Below are positions 31,001-48,200 of a stretch of DNA of 64,000 nucleotides, piece by piece. Made by a program: the position numbers and the translations under genes. Each line of letters opens with the position of its first letter. Position 1 is the first letter of the stretch. The DNA comes from Bugula neritina (Eukaryota; Animalia; Bryozoa): NCBI GenBank assembly GCA_964035545.1, contig OZ037767.1, positions 18,258,259 through 18,322,258 of the forward strand. The letters run 5' to 3'. The notes under the pieces were generated by a model, which saw only the letters and a list, made by a program, of their open reading frames with translations, did no database searches and was not told the DNA's origin.

Positions 31001-32789
31001 ATACTTCAACATACTGAAATACGCTGTAACATACTGAAATATACTGCAACCTAGTGCAACATACTAAAATACACTGTAACATACTGAAATACACTGCAAC
31101 ATACTACAACATACTGAAATACACTGTAACATATTGAAATACACTGCAACACACTGAAATATACTGCAACATACCGAAATATATGGTAGACTACTGAAAA
31201 ATACTGTAACACATTGAAAAATACTGCAACATACTGAAATATACTGTAACACACTGAAATATACTGCAACATACTGAAATACACTGTAACATACTGAAAT
31301 ACACTGTAACATACTGAAATACACTGCGACATACTACAACATACAGAAATACACTGTAACATATTGAAATACACTGCAATACACTGAAACATATTGAAAT
31401 ACACTGCAACACACTGAAATATACTGCAACATACCGAAATAAATGGTAAACTACTGAAATATACTGTAACACATTGAAAAATACTGCAACATATTGAAAT
31501 ATAGTGTAACACACTGAAATATACTGCAACATACTGAAATACACTGTAACATACTAAAATATACTGCAACATACTGAAATACACTGCTACATACTGAAAT
31601 ATACTGCAACATACTGCAACATACTGAAATACACTGTAACATACGGAAATACGCTGAAACATACTGCAACATACTGAAATACACTGCAACACATCGAATT
31701 ATACTGCAACATACCTAAATATACAGTAATATACTGAAATATACTGTAACACATTGAAAAGCACTGCACCATACTGAAATATACTGAAAGACACTGCAAC
31801 ATACCTAAATATACGGTAATATACTAAAATATACTGTAACACATTGAAAAACACTGCAACATACTGAACTATACTGCAAGATACTGAAATACACTGTAAC
31901 ATACCGAAATATACTGCAACATACTGCATTATACTGACATACGCTGTAACATATTGAAATACACTGCAACACATTGAAATATAATCTAACTCACTAAAAT
32001 ATAGTGTAATATACGGAAATGTACTTTGACATACTGGAATATACTGTAACACAATGAAATATACTTCAACATACTGAAATACGCTGGAACATACTGAAAT
32101 ATACTGCAACCTACTGCAACATACTGAAATACACTGTAACATACTGAAATACACTGCAACATACTACAACATACTGAAATACACTGTAACACATTGAAAT
32201 ATACTGCAACCTACTGAAACATATGGCATCATACTGAAAAGTACTGCAACACATTGAAATATAACGCAACATACTGATATATGCTGTAGCATTCTGAAAT
32301 ACATTCCAACACACTGAAGTATACTGTAATATACAAAAACGTACTGTAACATACTGAAACATACGTCAACATACTGAAATGTACTGCACCATACTGAAAT
32401 TTACTGCAACATACTGAACTATATCGCAACAAACTGAAATCTATGGTAACATACTGAAATATGTTGCAAACTACGAAAATAAACTGCAACATACCGAAAA
32501 ATACTGCAACTGTGCAACATATTGAGATATACTGCAGAAATACTGAAATATACCGCAACAACTTAAAAGTTACTGTATGATACTGAAATATACTCAAACA
32601 CACTGAAATAAACTGCAAAATACTGAAATATACTGTAACATACTGAAACATACTGCAACATACAGCAACATACTGAAATATACTGTAATACATTGAAATA
32701 CACTGCAACACATTGAAATAGACTGCAACATACCAGAATATATGATAAACTACTGAAATATACTGCAACACCTTGAAAAACACTGCAAC

Positions 32790-35700
32790 ATACTGAAATA
32801 TACTGCAAGATACTGCAACATACTGAATTACACCGTAACATACTGAAATACACTGCAACATACTGCAACATACTGAAATACACTGTAACATATTGAAATA
32901 CACTGCAACACATTGAAATACACTGCAACAGTTTAAAACATCTGACAACATACTGAAATATACTGCGAGACATTTAAATATACAGCAACATAGTGAAATA
33001 TGCTGTAACATACTGAAATATACTGCAACATATCAAAGTATATCGCAATATACGGGCATGTACTGTAACATACTGAAACATACTGCAACATACTAAAATA
33101 TACTGGAACATACCGAAACATACTGCAACATAATGAAATATACTGTAACACACTGAAATATACAGCAAACTACTGAATTATGTTGTAACATACTGAAACA
33201 TACTGCAACATACTGAAATATACTGTAACACATTGAAAAACACTGCAACATACTGAAATATCCTGCAAGATGCTGCAACGCACTAAAATACACTGCAACA
33301 TACTACAACATATTGAAATACACTGCAACACATCAAAATATACTGCAGCATACCTAAATATACGGTAATAAACTGAAATATACTGTAACACATTGGAAAA
33401 ATACTGCAACATACTGAATTATAATGCAAGATACTGCAACATACTGAAATACACTGTAGCATACTTAAATACACTGCTAGATACTGCATTATACTGACAT
33501 ACACTGGAACATATTGAAATACACTGCAACAAATTGAAGTATACTGGAACACACTTAAACATACGGAAACATACTGAAACATACTGCGACACAATGAAAT
33601 GTACTGCATCATACTGAGATACACTGTAATATACTGAATTACACTGCAACATACTGCAAAATACTGAAATACGCTGTAACATATTAAAATACACCGCAAC
33701 ACATTGAAATATACTGCAACAAACTGAAACATACGGCAACATACTGAAAAGTACTGCAACACATTGAAAGATACTGCAACACACTGAAATATGCTGTAGC
33801 GATCCAAAATACATTCCAACACACTGAAGTACACTGTAATATACAGAAATGTACTGCAACATACTGAAACATACGTCAACATGCTGAAATGTACTGCAAC
33901 ATACTGAAATATACCGCAACAAACTGAAATTCATGGTAACATACTGAAATATGTTGCAAACTACTAAAATAAACTGCAACATATCGAAAAATACTGCAAT
34001 TGTGCAACATAATGAAATATACTGCAGAAATACTGAAATATACTGCAACAACTTAAAAGTTACTGTATGATGCTGAAATATACTCAAACGCACTGAAATA
34101 AACTGCAAAATACTGAAAGATACTGTAACATACTGAAACATACTGCAACACACTGAAGTATACTGCAACATACCTAAATATGCTGCAAGACACTGCAACA
34201 TACTGAAATATACCGCAACAAACTGAAATTCATGGTAACATACTGAAATATGTTGCAAACAACTAAAATAAACTGCAACATACAGAAAAATACTGCAACT
34301 AAGCAACATAATGGAATATACTGCAAAAATACTGAAATATACTGCAACAACTTACAAGTTACTGTATGATGCTGAAACATACTCAAACACACTGAAATAA
34401 ACTGCAAAATACTGAGAGATACTGTAACATACTGAAACATACTGCAACACACTGAAGTATACTGCAACATACCTAGATATACTACAAGATACTGCAACAT
34501 ACTGAAATATACTGTAACATACTGAAAAACACTGCAACAAACTGCAACATACTGCAACATACTGAATTACACTGTGACATACTGGAATACACTGCAACAT
34601 ACTGCAATAGACTGTAACACACTTGAATATACTGCATCATACTGGAATAAACTATAACATACTGAAATAGACTGCAACATACTGAAATACACTGTTACAT
34701 ACTGAAATATACTGCAACGTACTGCAACATACTGAAATACACGGTAACATACTGAAATACACTGCAACATACTACAACATATTGAAACACACTGCAACAC
34801 ATCGAAATGAACTGCAACATACTGAGATACACTGTAATATACTGAATTACCCTGCAACATATTGCAACATACTGAAATATGCTAGAACATATTGAAATAC
34901 ACCGCAACACATTGAAATATACTGCAACATACTGAAACATACGACAACATACTGAAAAGTACTGCAACACATTGAAATATACTGCAACATACTGAAATAT
35001 GCTGTAGCATTCTGAAATACATTCCAACACACTGAAGTATACTGTAATATACAGAAACGTACTGTAACATACTGAAACATACGTCAACACACTGAAATGT
35101 ACTGCAATACATTGAAATATACTGCAACACGCTGAATTATCTGACAACATACTGAAATGTACTGCAACACATTGAAATATACTGCAACACGCTGAAACAT
35201 CTGACAACATACTGAAATATACTGCGAGACATTGAAAAATACTGCAACATAGTGAAATATGCTACAACATACTGGATTAGACTGCAACATACTGCAACAT
35301 ACTGAAATACGCTGTAACATATTGAAACACACCGCAACACATTAAAATATACTGCAACAAACTGAAACATACGGCAACATACCGAAAAGTACTGCAACAC
35401 ATTGAAATATACTGCAACACACTGAAACATCTGACAACATACTGAAATATACTGCGAGACATTGAAATATACTGCAACATAGTGAAATATGCTGTAACAT
35501 ACTGAAATATACTGCAACATGTCAAAGTATATCGAAATTTATGGACATGTATTGTAACATACTGAAACATACTGCAACATACTAAAGTATACTGTGACAA
35601 ATTTGCTGTAACATATTGAAATGCACTGCAACATACTGAAATACACTGCAACATACCTAAATATACGGTAACATATTGAAACATACTGCAACACATAGAA

Positions 35701-38700
35701 ATATACTGCAACATACTGATATACGCTGTAGCACACTGAAAAACAGTGCAAAAAACTGAAATATAGTGTAATATACGGCAATGTACTTTAACATACTGAA
35801 ATACACTGTAACACATTGAAATATACTGCAACATACTGAAACATATGGCAACATACTGAAAAGTACTGCAACACATTGAAATATACTGCAACATACTGAA
35901 ATATGCTGTAGCATTCCGAAATACATTCCAACACACTGAAGTATACTGTAATATACAAAAACGTACTGTAACATACTGAAACATACTGCAACATACAGCA
36001 ACATACTGAAATATACTGTAATACATTGAAATACACTGCAACACATTGAAGTAGACTGCAACATACCAGAATATATGGTAAACTACTGAAATATACTGTA
36101 ACACGCTGAAACATCAGACAACATACTGAAATATACTGCGAGACATTGAAAAATACTGCAACATAGTGAAATATGCTGTAACACACTGGATTAGACTGCA
36201 ACATACTGCAACATACTGAAATACGCTGTAACATATTGAAATACACCGCAACACATTAAAATATACTGCAACAAACTGAAACATACGGCAACATACTGAA
36301 AAGTACTGCAACACATTGAAATATACTGCAACACACTGAAACATCTGACACCACACTGAAATATACTGCGAGACATTGAAATATACTGCAACATACTGAA
36401 ATACACTGCAAGATACTGCAACCTACTGAATTACACCGTAACATACTGAAATACACTGCAACATACTGCAACATACTGAAATACACTGTAACATATTGAA
36501 ATACACTGCAACACATTGAAATACACTGCAACAGACTAAAACATCTGACAACATACTGAAATATACTGCGAGACATTTAAATATACAGCAACATAGTGAA
36601 ATATGCTGTAACATACTGAAATATACTGCAACATATCAAAGTATATCGCAATATACGGGCATGTACTGTAACATACTGAAACATACTGCAACATACTAAA
36701 ATATACTGGAACATACCGAAACATACTGCAACATAATGAAATAGACTGTAACACACTGAAATATACGGCAAACTACTGAATTATGTTGTAACATACTGAA
36801 ATATACTGTAACACATTGAAAAACACTGCAACATACTGAAATATCCTGCAAGATGCTGCAACGCACTAAAATACACTGCAACATACTACAACATATTGAA
36901 ATACACTGCAACACATCAAAATATACTGCAGCATACCTAAATATACGGTAATAAACTAAAATATACTGTAACACATTGGAAAAATACTGCAACATACTGA
37001 ATTATAATGCAAGATACTGCAACATACTGAAATACACTGTAACATACTGAAATACACTGCTACATACTGCATTATACTGACATACACTGGAACATATTGA
37101 AATACACTGCAACAAATTGAAGTATACTGGAACACACTTAAACATACGGAAACATACTGAAACATACTGCGACACAATGAAATGTACTGCATCATACTGA
37201 GATACACTGTAATATACTGAATTACACTGCAACATACTGCAACATACTGAAATACGCTGTACCATATTAAAATACACCGCAACACATTGAAATATACTGC
37301 AACAAACTGAAACATACGGCAACATACTGAAAAGTACTGCAACACATTGAAAGATACTGCAACACACTGAAATATGCTGTAGCGATCTGAAATACATTCC
37401 AACACACTGAAGTACACTGTAATATACAGAAATGTACTGCAACATACTGAAACATACGTCAACATGCTGAAATGTACTGCAACAAACTGAAATATACCGC
37501 AACAAACTGAAATTCATGGTAACATACTGAAATATGTTGCAAACTACTAAAATAAACTGCAACATACCGAAAAATACTGCAATTGTGCAACATAATGAAA
37601 TATACTGCAGAGATACTGAAATATACTGCAACAACTTAAAAGTTACTGTATGATGCTGAAATATACTCAAACGCACTGAAATAAACTGCAAAATACTGAA
37701 AGATACTGTAACATACGGAAACATACTGCAACACACTGAAGTATACTGCAACATACCTAAATATACTGCAAGACACTGCAACATACTGAAATATACCGCA
37801 ACAAACTGAAATTCATGGTAACATACTGAAATATGTTGCAAACAACTAAATTAAACTGCAACATACCGAAAAATACTGCAACTAAGCAACATAATGGAAT
37901 ATACTGCAAAAATACTAAAATATACTGCAACAACTTACAAGTTACTGTATGATGCTGAAACATACTCAAACACACTGAAATAAACTGCAAAATACTGAGA
38001 GATACTGTAACATACTGAAACATACTGCAACACACTGAAGTATACTGCAACATACCTAGATATACTACAAGATACTGCAACATACTGAAATATACTGTAA
38101 CATACTGAAAAACACTGCAACATACTGCAACACACTGCAACATACTGAATTACACTGTGACATACTGGAATACACTGCAACATACTGCAATAGACTGTAA
38201 CACACTTGAATATACTGCAACATACTGGAATAAACTATAACATACTGAAATAGACTGCAACATACTGAAATACACTGTTACATACTGAAATATACTGCAA
38301 CGTACTGCAACATACTGAAATACACGGTAACATACTGAAATACACTGCAACATACTACAACATATTGAAATACACTGCAACACATCGAAATGAACTGCAA
38401 CATACTGAGATACACTGTAATACACTGAATTACCCTGCAACATATTGCAACATACTGAAGTATGCTAGAACATATTGAAATACACCGCAACACATTGAAA
38501 TATGCTGCAACATACTGAAACATGCGACAACATACTGAAAAGTACTGCAACACATTGAAATATACTGCAACATACTGAAATATGCTGTGGCATTCTGAAA
38601 TACATTCCGACACACTGAAGTATACTGTAATATACAGAAACGTACTGTAACATACTGAAACATACGTCAACACACTGAAATGTACTGCAATACATTGAAA

Positions 38701-39200
38701 TATACTGCAACACGCTGAAACATCTGACAACATACTGAAATGTACTGCAACACATTGAAATATACTGCAACTCGCTGAAACATCTGACAACATACTGAAA
38801 TATACTGCGAGACATTGAAAAACACTGCAACATAGTGAAATATGCTATAACATACTGGATTAGACTGCAACATACTGCAACATACTGAAATACGCTGTAA
38901 CATATTGAAATACACCGCAACACATTAAAATATACTGCAACAAACTGAAACATACGGCAACATACTGAAAAGTACTGCAACACATTGAAATATACTGCAA
39001 CACACTGAAACATCCGACAACATACTGAAATATACTGCGAGACATTGAAATATACTGCAACATAGTGAAATATGCTGTAACATACTGAAATATACTGCAA
39101 CATGTCAAAGTATATCGAAATTTATGGACATGTACTGTAACATGCTGAAACATACTGCAACATACTAAAGTATACTGTAACAAATTTGCTGTAACATATT
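32790..39200 (+). repeat. Older ~3.6-kb HOR duplication in subfamily II (offset 3583-3603)
   Basis: ORF pairs 32933/36536 (3603) and 34174/37757, 34695/38278, 35084/38667 (3583), with scattered substitutions between copies. Confidence 0.85.
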
Positions 39201-42200
39201 GAAATACACCGCAACACATTAAAATATACTGCAACAAACTGAAACATACGGCAACATACTGAAAAGTACTGCAACACATTGAAATATACTGCAACACACT
39301 GAAACATCTGACACCACACTGAAATATACTGCGAGACCTTGAAATATACTGCAACATACTGAAATACACTGCAAGATACTGCAACATACTGAATTACACC
39401 GTAACATACTGAAATATACTGCAACATATCAAAGTATATCGCAATATACGGGCATGTACTGTAACATACTGAAACATACTGCAACATACTAAAATATACT
39501 GGAACATACTGCATTATACTGACATACACTGGAACATATTGAAATACACTGCAACAAATTGAAGTATACTGCAACACACTGAAACATACGGCAACATACT
39601 GAAATATACTGCGACGCATTGATATATACTGCAACATACTGAAATATGCTGGAGCGTACTGAAATACACTGCTACACACTGAAGTATACTGTAATATACA
39701 GAAATGTAATGTAACGTACTGAAACATACGTCAACATACTGAAATCTACTGCAACATACTGAAATACACTGTAATATACTGAATTACACTGCAACATACT
39801 TCAACAGACTGATATACGCTGTAACATATTGAAGTACACTGCAACACATTGAAATATACTGTAACTCACTGAAATATAGTGTAATATACAGAAATGTACT
39901 GCAACATACTGAATTATACTGTAACACACTGAAATATACTGCAACATACTGGAATACATTGTAAAATACTGAAATGTACTGCAAACTACTACAACATACT
40001 GAAATACACTGTAACATACTGAAATCCACTGTAACATACTGAAATACACTGCGACATACTACAACATACTGAAATACACTGTAACATATTGAAATACACT
40101 GCAATATACTGTAACATATTGAAATACACTGCAACACACTGACATATACTGCAACATACCGAAATAAATGGTAAACTACTGAAAAATACTGTAACACATT
40201 GAAAAATACTGCAACATATTGAAATATAGTGTAAAACACTGAAATATACTGCAACATACTAAAATACACTGTAACATACTAAAATATACTGCAACATACT
40301 GAAATACACTGCTACTTACTGAAATATACTGCAACATACTGCAACATACTGAAATACACTGTAACATACTGAAATACACTGCTACATACTGATATCTGCA
40401 ACATACCTAAATATACGGTAATATACTAAAATATACTGTAACACATTGAAAAACACTGCAACATACTGAACTATACTGCAAGATACTGCAACATACTGAA
40501 ATACACTGTAACATACTGAAACACACTGCAACATACTGCATTATACTGACATACGCTGTAACATATTGAAATACACTGCAACGCATTGAAATATACAGTA
40601 ACTCACTGAAATACACTGTAACATACTGAAATACACTGTAACATACTGAAGTATACTGAAACATACTGAAATACACTGCTACAAACTGAAATATACTGCA
40701 AGATACTGCAACATACTGAAATACACTGTAACATACTGAAATACACTGCAACATACTGCGTTATACTGACATACACTGGAACATATTGAAATACACTGCA
40801 ACTAATTGAAGTATACTGCAACACACTGAAACAAACGGCAACATACTGAAATATACTGCGACGCATTGATATATACTGCAACATACTGAAATATGCTGGA
40901 GCGCACTGAAATACACTGCTACACACTGAAGTATACTGAAGTATACTGAAACATACTGAAATACACTGCTACATACTGAAATATACTGCAAGATACTGCA
41001 ACATACTGAAATACACTGTAATATACTGAATTACACTGCAACATACTGCAACATACTGAAATACGCTGTAACATATTGAAATACACTGTAACACATGAAA
41101 TATACTGTAACTCACTGAAATATTATAGTGTAATATACGTAAATGTACTGCAACATACTGTAATATACGGCAACATACTGAAATATACTGCGACAGATTG
41201 AAATATACTGCAACATACTGAAGTTTAATGCAAGATACTGCAATATACTGAAATACACCGTGACATACTGAGATACATTGCAACATACTGCAACATACTG
41301 CAACATACTGAAATACACTGTAACATATTGAAATACACTGCAACACATTGAATTCTACTGCAACATACTGCAACATACTGAAATACACTGTAAAATACTG
41401 AAATACACTGCAACACATTGAAATATACTCTAACTCACTGAAATATAGTGTAATATACGGAAATGTACTGTGACATACTGGAATATACTGTAACACAATG
41501 AAATATACTTCAACATACTGAAATACGCTGTAACATACTGAAATATACTGCAACCTACTGCAACATACTGGAATACACTGTAACATACTGAAATACACTG
41601 CAACATACTACAACATACTGAAATACACTGTAACATATTGAAATACACTGCAACACACTGCAACATACTGCAACATACTGAAATACACTGTAACATATTG
41701 AAATACACTGCAACACCTTGAAATATACTGCAATACACTGAAACATACGGCAAGATACTGGAATGTACTGCGACACATTGAAATATACTGCAACATACTG
41801 AAATATGCTGTAGCATACTGAAATACACTGCAACACACTGAAGTATACTGTAATAGACAGAAATGTACTGTAACAAACTGAAACATACGTCAACATACTG
41901 AAATGTACTGCAACATACTGAGATACACTGTAATATACTGAATTACACTGTAACATACTGCAACATACTGAAATACGCTGTAACATATTGAATTACACTG
42001 CAACACATTGAAATATACTGTAACTTACTGAAATATAGTGAAATATACGGAAATGTACTGTAACATACTGGAATATACTATAACACACTGAAATACACTG
42101 CAACATACTGCAACATCCTGAAATACACTGTAACATATCGAAATACACTGCAACACACTGAAATATACTGCAACATACCAAAATAAATGGTAAACTACTG

Positions 42201-45200
42201 AAATATACTGTAACACATTGAAACACACTGCAACATACTGAACTATACTGCAAAATACTGCAACATGCTGAAATACACTGTAACATACTGAAACACACTG
42301 CAACATACTGTATTATACTGACATACGCTGTAACACATTGAAATATACTGTAACTCACTGAAATACACTGTAACAGACTGAAATACACTGTAAAATACTG
42401 AAGTATACTGCAACATACTGAAATACACTGCTACACACTGAAGTATACTGTAATAAACAGAAATGTAATGTAACATACTGAAACATACGTCAACATACTG
42501 AAATACACTGTAATATACTGAATTACACTGCAACATACTGCAACAGACTGAAATACGCTGTAACATATTGAAATACGCTGCAACACATTGAAATATACTG
42601 TAACTCACTGAAATATACTGTAACACACTGAAATATACTGCAACATACTGGAATACATTGTAAAATACTGAAATATACTGCAAACTACTGCAACATACTG
42701 AAATACACTGTAACATACTGAAATACACTGTAACATACTGAAATACACTGCGACATACTACAACATACTGAAATACACTGTAACATATTGAAATACACTG
42801 CAATACACTGCAACACATTGAAATACACTGCAACACACTGAAGTATACTGTAATATACAGAAATGTACTGTAACGAACTGAAACATACGTCAACACACTG
42901 AAATGTACTGCAATACATTGAAATATACTGCAACACGCTGAAACATCTGACAACATACTGAAATGTACTGCAACACATTGAAATATACTGCAACTCGCTG
43001 AAACATCTGACAACATACTGAAATATACTGCGAGACATTGAAAAACACTGCAACATAGTGAAATATGCTATAACATACTGGATTAGACTGCAACATACTG
43101 CAACATACTGAAATACGCTGTAACATATTGAAATACACCGCAACACAAAAAAATATACTGCAACAAACTGAAACATACGGCAACATACTGAAAAGTACTG
43201 CAACACATTGAAATATACTGCAACACACTGAAACATCTGACAACATACTGAAATATACTGCGAGACATTGAAATATACTGCAACATAGTGAAATATGCTG
43301 TAACATACTGAAATATACTGCAATATGTCAAAGTATATCGAAATTTATGGACATGTACTGCAACATACTGCAACATACTGAAATACACTGTAACATATTG
43401 AAATACACTGCAACCCATTGAAATCTACTGCAACATACTGCAACATACTGAAATACACTGTAAAATACTGAAATACACTGCAACACATTGAAATATACTC
43501 TAACTCACTGAAATATAGTGTAATATACGGAAATGTACTGTGACATACTGGAATATGCTGTAACACAATGAAATATACTTCAACATACTGAAATACGCTG
43601 TAACATACTGAAATATACTGCAACCTACTGCAACATACTGAAATACACTGTAACATACTGAAATCCACTGTAACATACTGAAATACACTGCGACATACTA
43701 CAACATACTGAAATACACTGTAACATATTGAAATACACTGCAATATACTGTAACATATTGAAATACACTGCAACACACTGACATATACTGCAACATACCG
43801 AAATAAATGGTAAACTACTGAAAAATACTGTAACACATTGAAAAATACTGCAACAAATTGAAATATAGTGTAAAACACTGAAATATACTGCAACATACTA
43901 AAATACACTGGAACATACCGAAACATACTGCAACATAATGAAATATACTGTAACACACTGAAATATACGGCAAACTACTGAATTATGTTGTAACATACTG
44001 AAACATACTGCAACATACTGAAATATACTGTAACACATTGAAAAACACTGCAACATACTGATATACGCTGTAGCACACTGAAAAACAGTGCAAAAAACTG
44101 AAACATAGTGTAATATACGGCAATGTACTGTAACATACTGAAATACACTGTAACACATTGAAATATACTGCAACATACTGAAACATATGGCAACATACTG
44201 AAAAGTACTGCAACACATTGAAATATACTGCAACATACTGAAATATGCTGTAGCATTCCGAAATACATTCCAACACACTGAAGTATACTGTAATATACAA
44301 AAACGTACTGTAACATACTGAAACATACGTCAACATACTGAAATGTACTGCACCATACTGAAATTTACTGCAACATACTGAAATATATCGCAACAAACTG
44401 AAATTTATGGTAACATACTGAAATATGTTGCAAACTACGAAAATAAACTGCAACATACCGAAAAATACTGCAACTGTGCAACATAATGAGATATACTGCG
44501 GAAATACTGAAATATCCTGCAACAACTGAAATATACTCAAACACACTGAAATACACTGCAAAATACTGAAATATACTGTAACATACTGAAACATACTGCA
44601 ACATACAGCAACATACTGAAATATACTGTAACACATTGAAATACACTGCAACACATTGAAATACACTGCAACATACCAGAATATATGGTAAACTACTGAA
44701 ATATACTGTAACACCTTGAAAAACACTGCAACATACTGAAATATACTGCAAGATACTGCAACATACTGCAACATACTGAATTGTGCTGTAACATACTGAA
44801 ATACACTGCAACATACTGCAACATACTGCAACATACTGAAATACACTGTAACATATTGAAATACACTGCAACACATTGAAATACACTGCAACAGACTGAA
44901 ACATCTGACAACATACCGAAATATACTGCGAGACATTTAAATATACAGCAACATAGTGAAATATATGGCAAACTACTGCAATATACTGTAACACATTGAA
45001 AAATACTGCAACATACTGAAATAGACTGTAACATACTGAAATACACTGCAACATACTATAACATATTGAAATACACTGCAACACATCGAAATGAACTGCA
45101 ACATACCGAGATACACTGTAATATACTGAATTACACTGCAACATATTGCAACATACTGAAATATACTGCAACATACTGAAACATACGACAACATACTGAA

Positions 45201-48200
45201 AAGTACTGCAACACATTGAAATATACTGCAACATACTGAAATATGCTGTAGCATTCTGAAATACATTCCAACACACTGAAGTATACTGTAATATACAGAA
45301 ACGTACTGTAACATACTGAAACATACGTCAACATACTGAAATGTACTGCAATACATTAAAATATACTGCAACACGCTGAAACATCTGGCAACATACTGAA
45401 ATGTACTGCAACACATTGAAATAAACTGCAACACGCTGAAACATCAGACAACATACTGAAATATACTGCGAGACATTGAAAAATACTGCAACATAGTGAA
45501 ATATGCTGTAACACACTGGATTAGACTGCAACATACTGCAACATACTGAAATACGCTGTAACATATTGAAATACACCGCAACACATTAAAATATACTGCA
45601 ACAAACGGAAACATACGGCAACATACTGAAAAGTACTGCAACACATTGAAATATACTGCAACACACTGAAACATCTGACAACATACTGAAATATACTGCG
45701 AGACATTGAAATATACTGCAACATAGTGAAATATGCTGTAACATACTGAAATATACTGCAACATGTCAAAGTATATCGAAATATATGAACATGCACTGTA
45801 ACATAATGAAACATACTGCAACATACTAAAATATACTGTAACAAATTTGCTGTAACATATTGAAATGCACTGCAACATACTGAAATACACTGCAACATAC
45901 CTAAATATACGGTAACATATTGAAACATACTGCAACACATTGAAATATACTGCAACATACTGATATGCGCTGTAGCACACTGAAAAACAGTGCAACAAAC
46001 TGAAATATAGTGTAATATACGGCAATGTACTGTAACATACTGAAATACACTGTAACACATTGAAATATACTGCAACAAACTGAAACATACGGCAACATAC
46101 TTTGAAAAGTACTGCAACTCATTGAAATATACTGCAACATAGTGAAATATGCTGTAACATACTGAAATATACTGCAACATGTCAAAGTATATCGAAATAT
46201 ATGAACATGCACTGTAACATACTGAAACATACTGCAACATACTAAAATATACTGTAACAAATTTGCTGTAACATATTGAAATGCACTGCAACATACTGAA
46301 ATACACTGCAACATACCTAAATATACGGTAACATATTGAAACATACTGCAACACATTGAAATATACTGCAACATACTGATATGCGCTGTAGCACACTGAA
46401 AAACAGTGCAACAAACTGAAATATAGTGTAATATACGGCAATGTACTGTAACATACTGAAATACACTGTAACACATTGAAATATACTGCAACATACTGAA
46501 ACATATGGCATCATACTGAAAAGTACTGCAACACATTGAAGTATACTGCAACATACTGAAATATGCTGTAGCATTCCGAAATACATTCCAACACACTGAA
46601 GTATACTGTAATATACAAAAACGTGCTGTAACATACTGAAGCATACGTCAACATACTGAAATGTACTGCACCATACTGAAATTTACCGCAACATACTGAA
46701 ATATATCGCAACAAACTGAAATTTATGGTAACATACTGAAATATGTTGCAAACTACGAAAATAAACTGCAACATACCGAAAAATACTGCAACTGTGCAAC
46801 ATAATGAGATATACTGCAGAAATACTGAAATATACTGCAACAACTTAAAAGTTACTGTATGATACTGAAATATACTCAAACACACTGAAATAAACTGCAA
46901 AATACTGAAATATACTGTAACATACTGAAACATACTGCAACATACAGCAACATACTGAAATATACTGTAACACATTGAAATACACTGCAACACATTGAAA
47001 TAGACTGCAACATACCAGAATATATGGTAAACTACTGAAATATACTGTAACACCTTGAAAAACACTGCAACATACTGAAATATACTGCAAGATACTGCAA
47101 CATACTAAATTACACTGTAACATACTGAAATACACTGCAACATACTGCAACATACTGAAATACACTGTAACATATTGAAATACACTGCAACACATTGAAA
47201 TACACTGCAACAGACTGAAACATCTGACAACATACTGAAATATACTGGGAGACATTTAAATATACAGCAACATAGTGAAACATATGGCAAACTACTGAAA
47301 TATACTGTAACAGATTGAAAAATACTGCAACATACCGAACTAGACTGTAACATAATGAAATAGACTGCAACATACTGAAATACACTGCAACATACTGAAA
47401 TACACTGCAACATACTGAAATACACTGCAACATACTGAAATACACTGTTACATACTGAAATATACTGCGACGTACTGCAACATACTGAAATACACGGTAA
47501 CATACTGAAATACACTGCAACATACTACAACATATTGAAATACACTGCAACACATCGAAATGAACTGCAACATACTGAGATAGACTGTAATATACTGAAT
47601 TACACTGCAACATATTGCAACATACTGAAATACGCTGTAACATATTAAAATACACCGCAACACATTGAAATATACTGCAACATACCGAAATATATGGCAA
47701 ACTACTGAAATATACTGTAACACATTGAAAAATACTGCAACATACTGAAATAGACTGTAACACACTTAAATATACTGCAACATACTGAAATATACTAAAA
47801 CACACTGAAATAGACTGCAACATACTGAAATACACTGTTACATACTGAAATATACTGCAACGTACTGCAACATACTGAAATACACGGTAACATACTGAAA
47901 TACACTGCAACATACTACAACATATTGAAATACACTGCAACACATCGAAATGAACTGCAACATACTGAGATACACTGTAATATACTGAATTACACTGCAA
48001 CATATTGCAACATACTGAAGTATGCTGTAACATATTGAAATACACCGCAACACATTGAAATATACTGCAACATACTGAAACATACGACAACATACTGAAA
48101 AGTACTGCAACACATTGAAATATACTGCAACATACTGAAATATGCTGTAGCATTCTGAAATACATTCCAACACACTGAAGTATACTGTAATATACAGAAA

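Larger units (their letters stand above)
12000..32170 (+). repeat. Higher-order repeat B domain: ~3-4 kb block repeated at ~12.0, ~19.3 and ~29.2 kb
   Basis: Near-identical peptides at 12032/19319/29199, 12517/19804/29684 and 13884/21171/31051 (offsets 7287 and 9880). Subtracting the 1597-bp LINE insertion from 7287 gives 5690, a multiple of 10. Boundaries are approximate. Confidence 0.88.
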
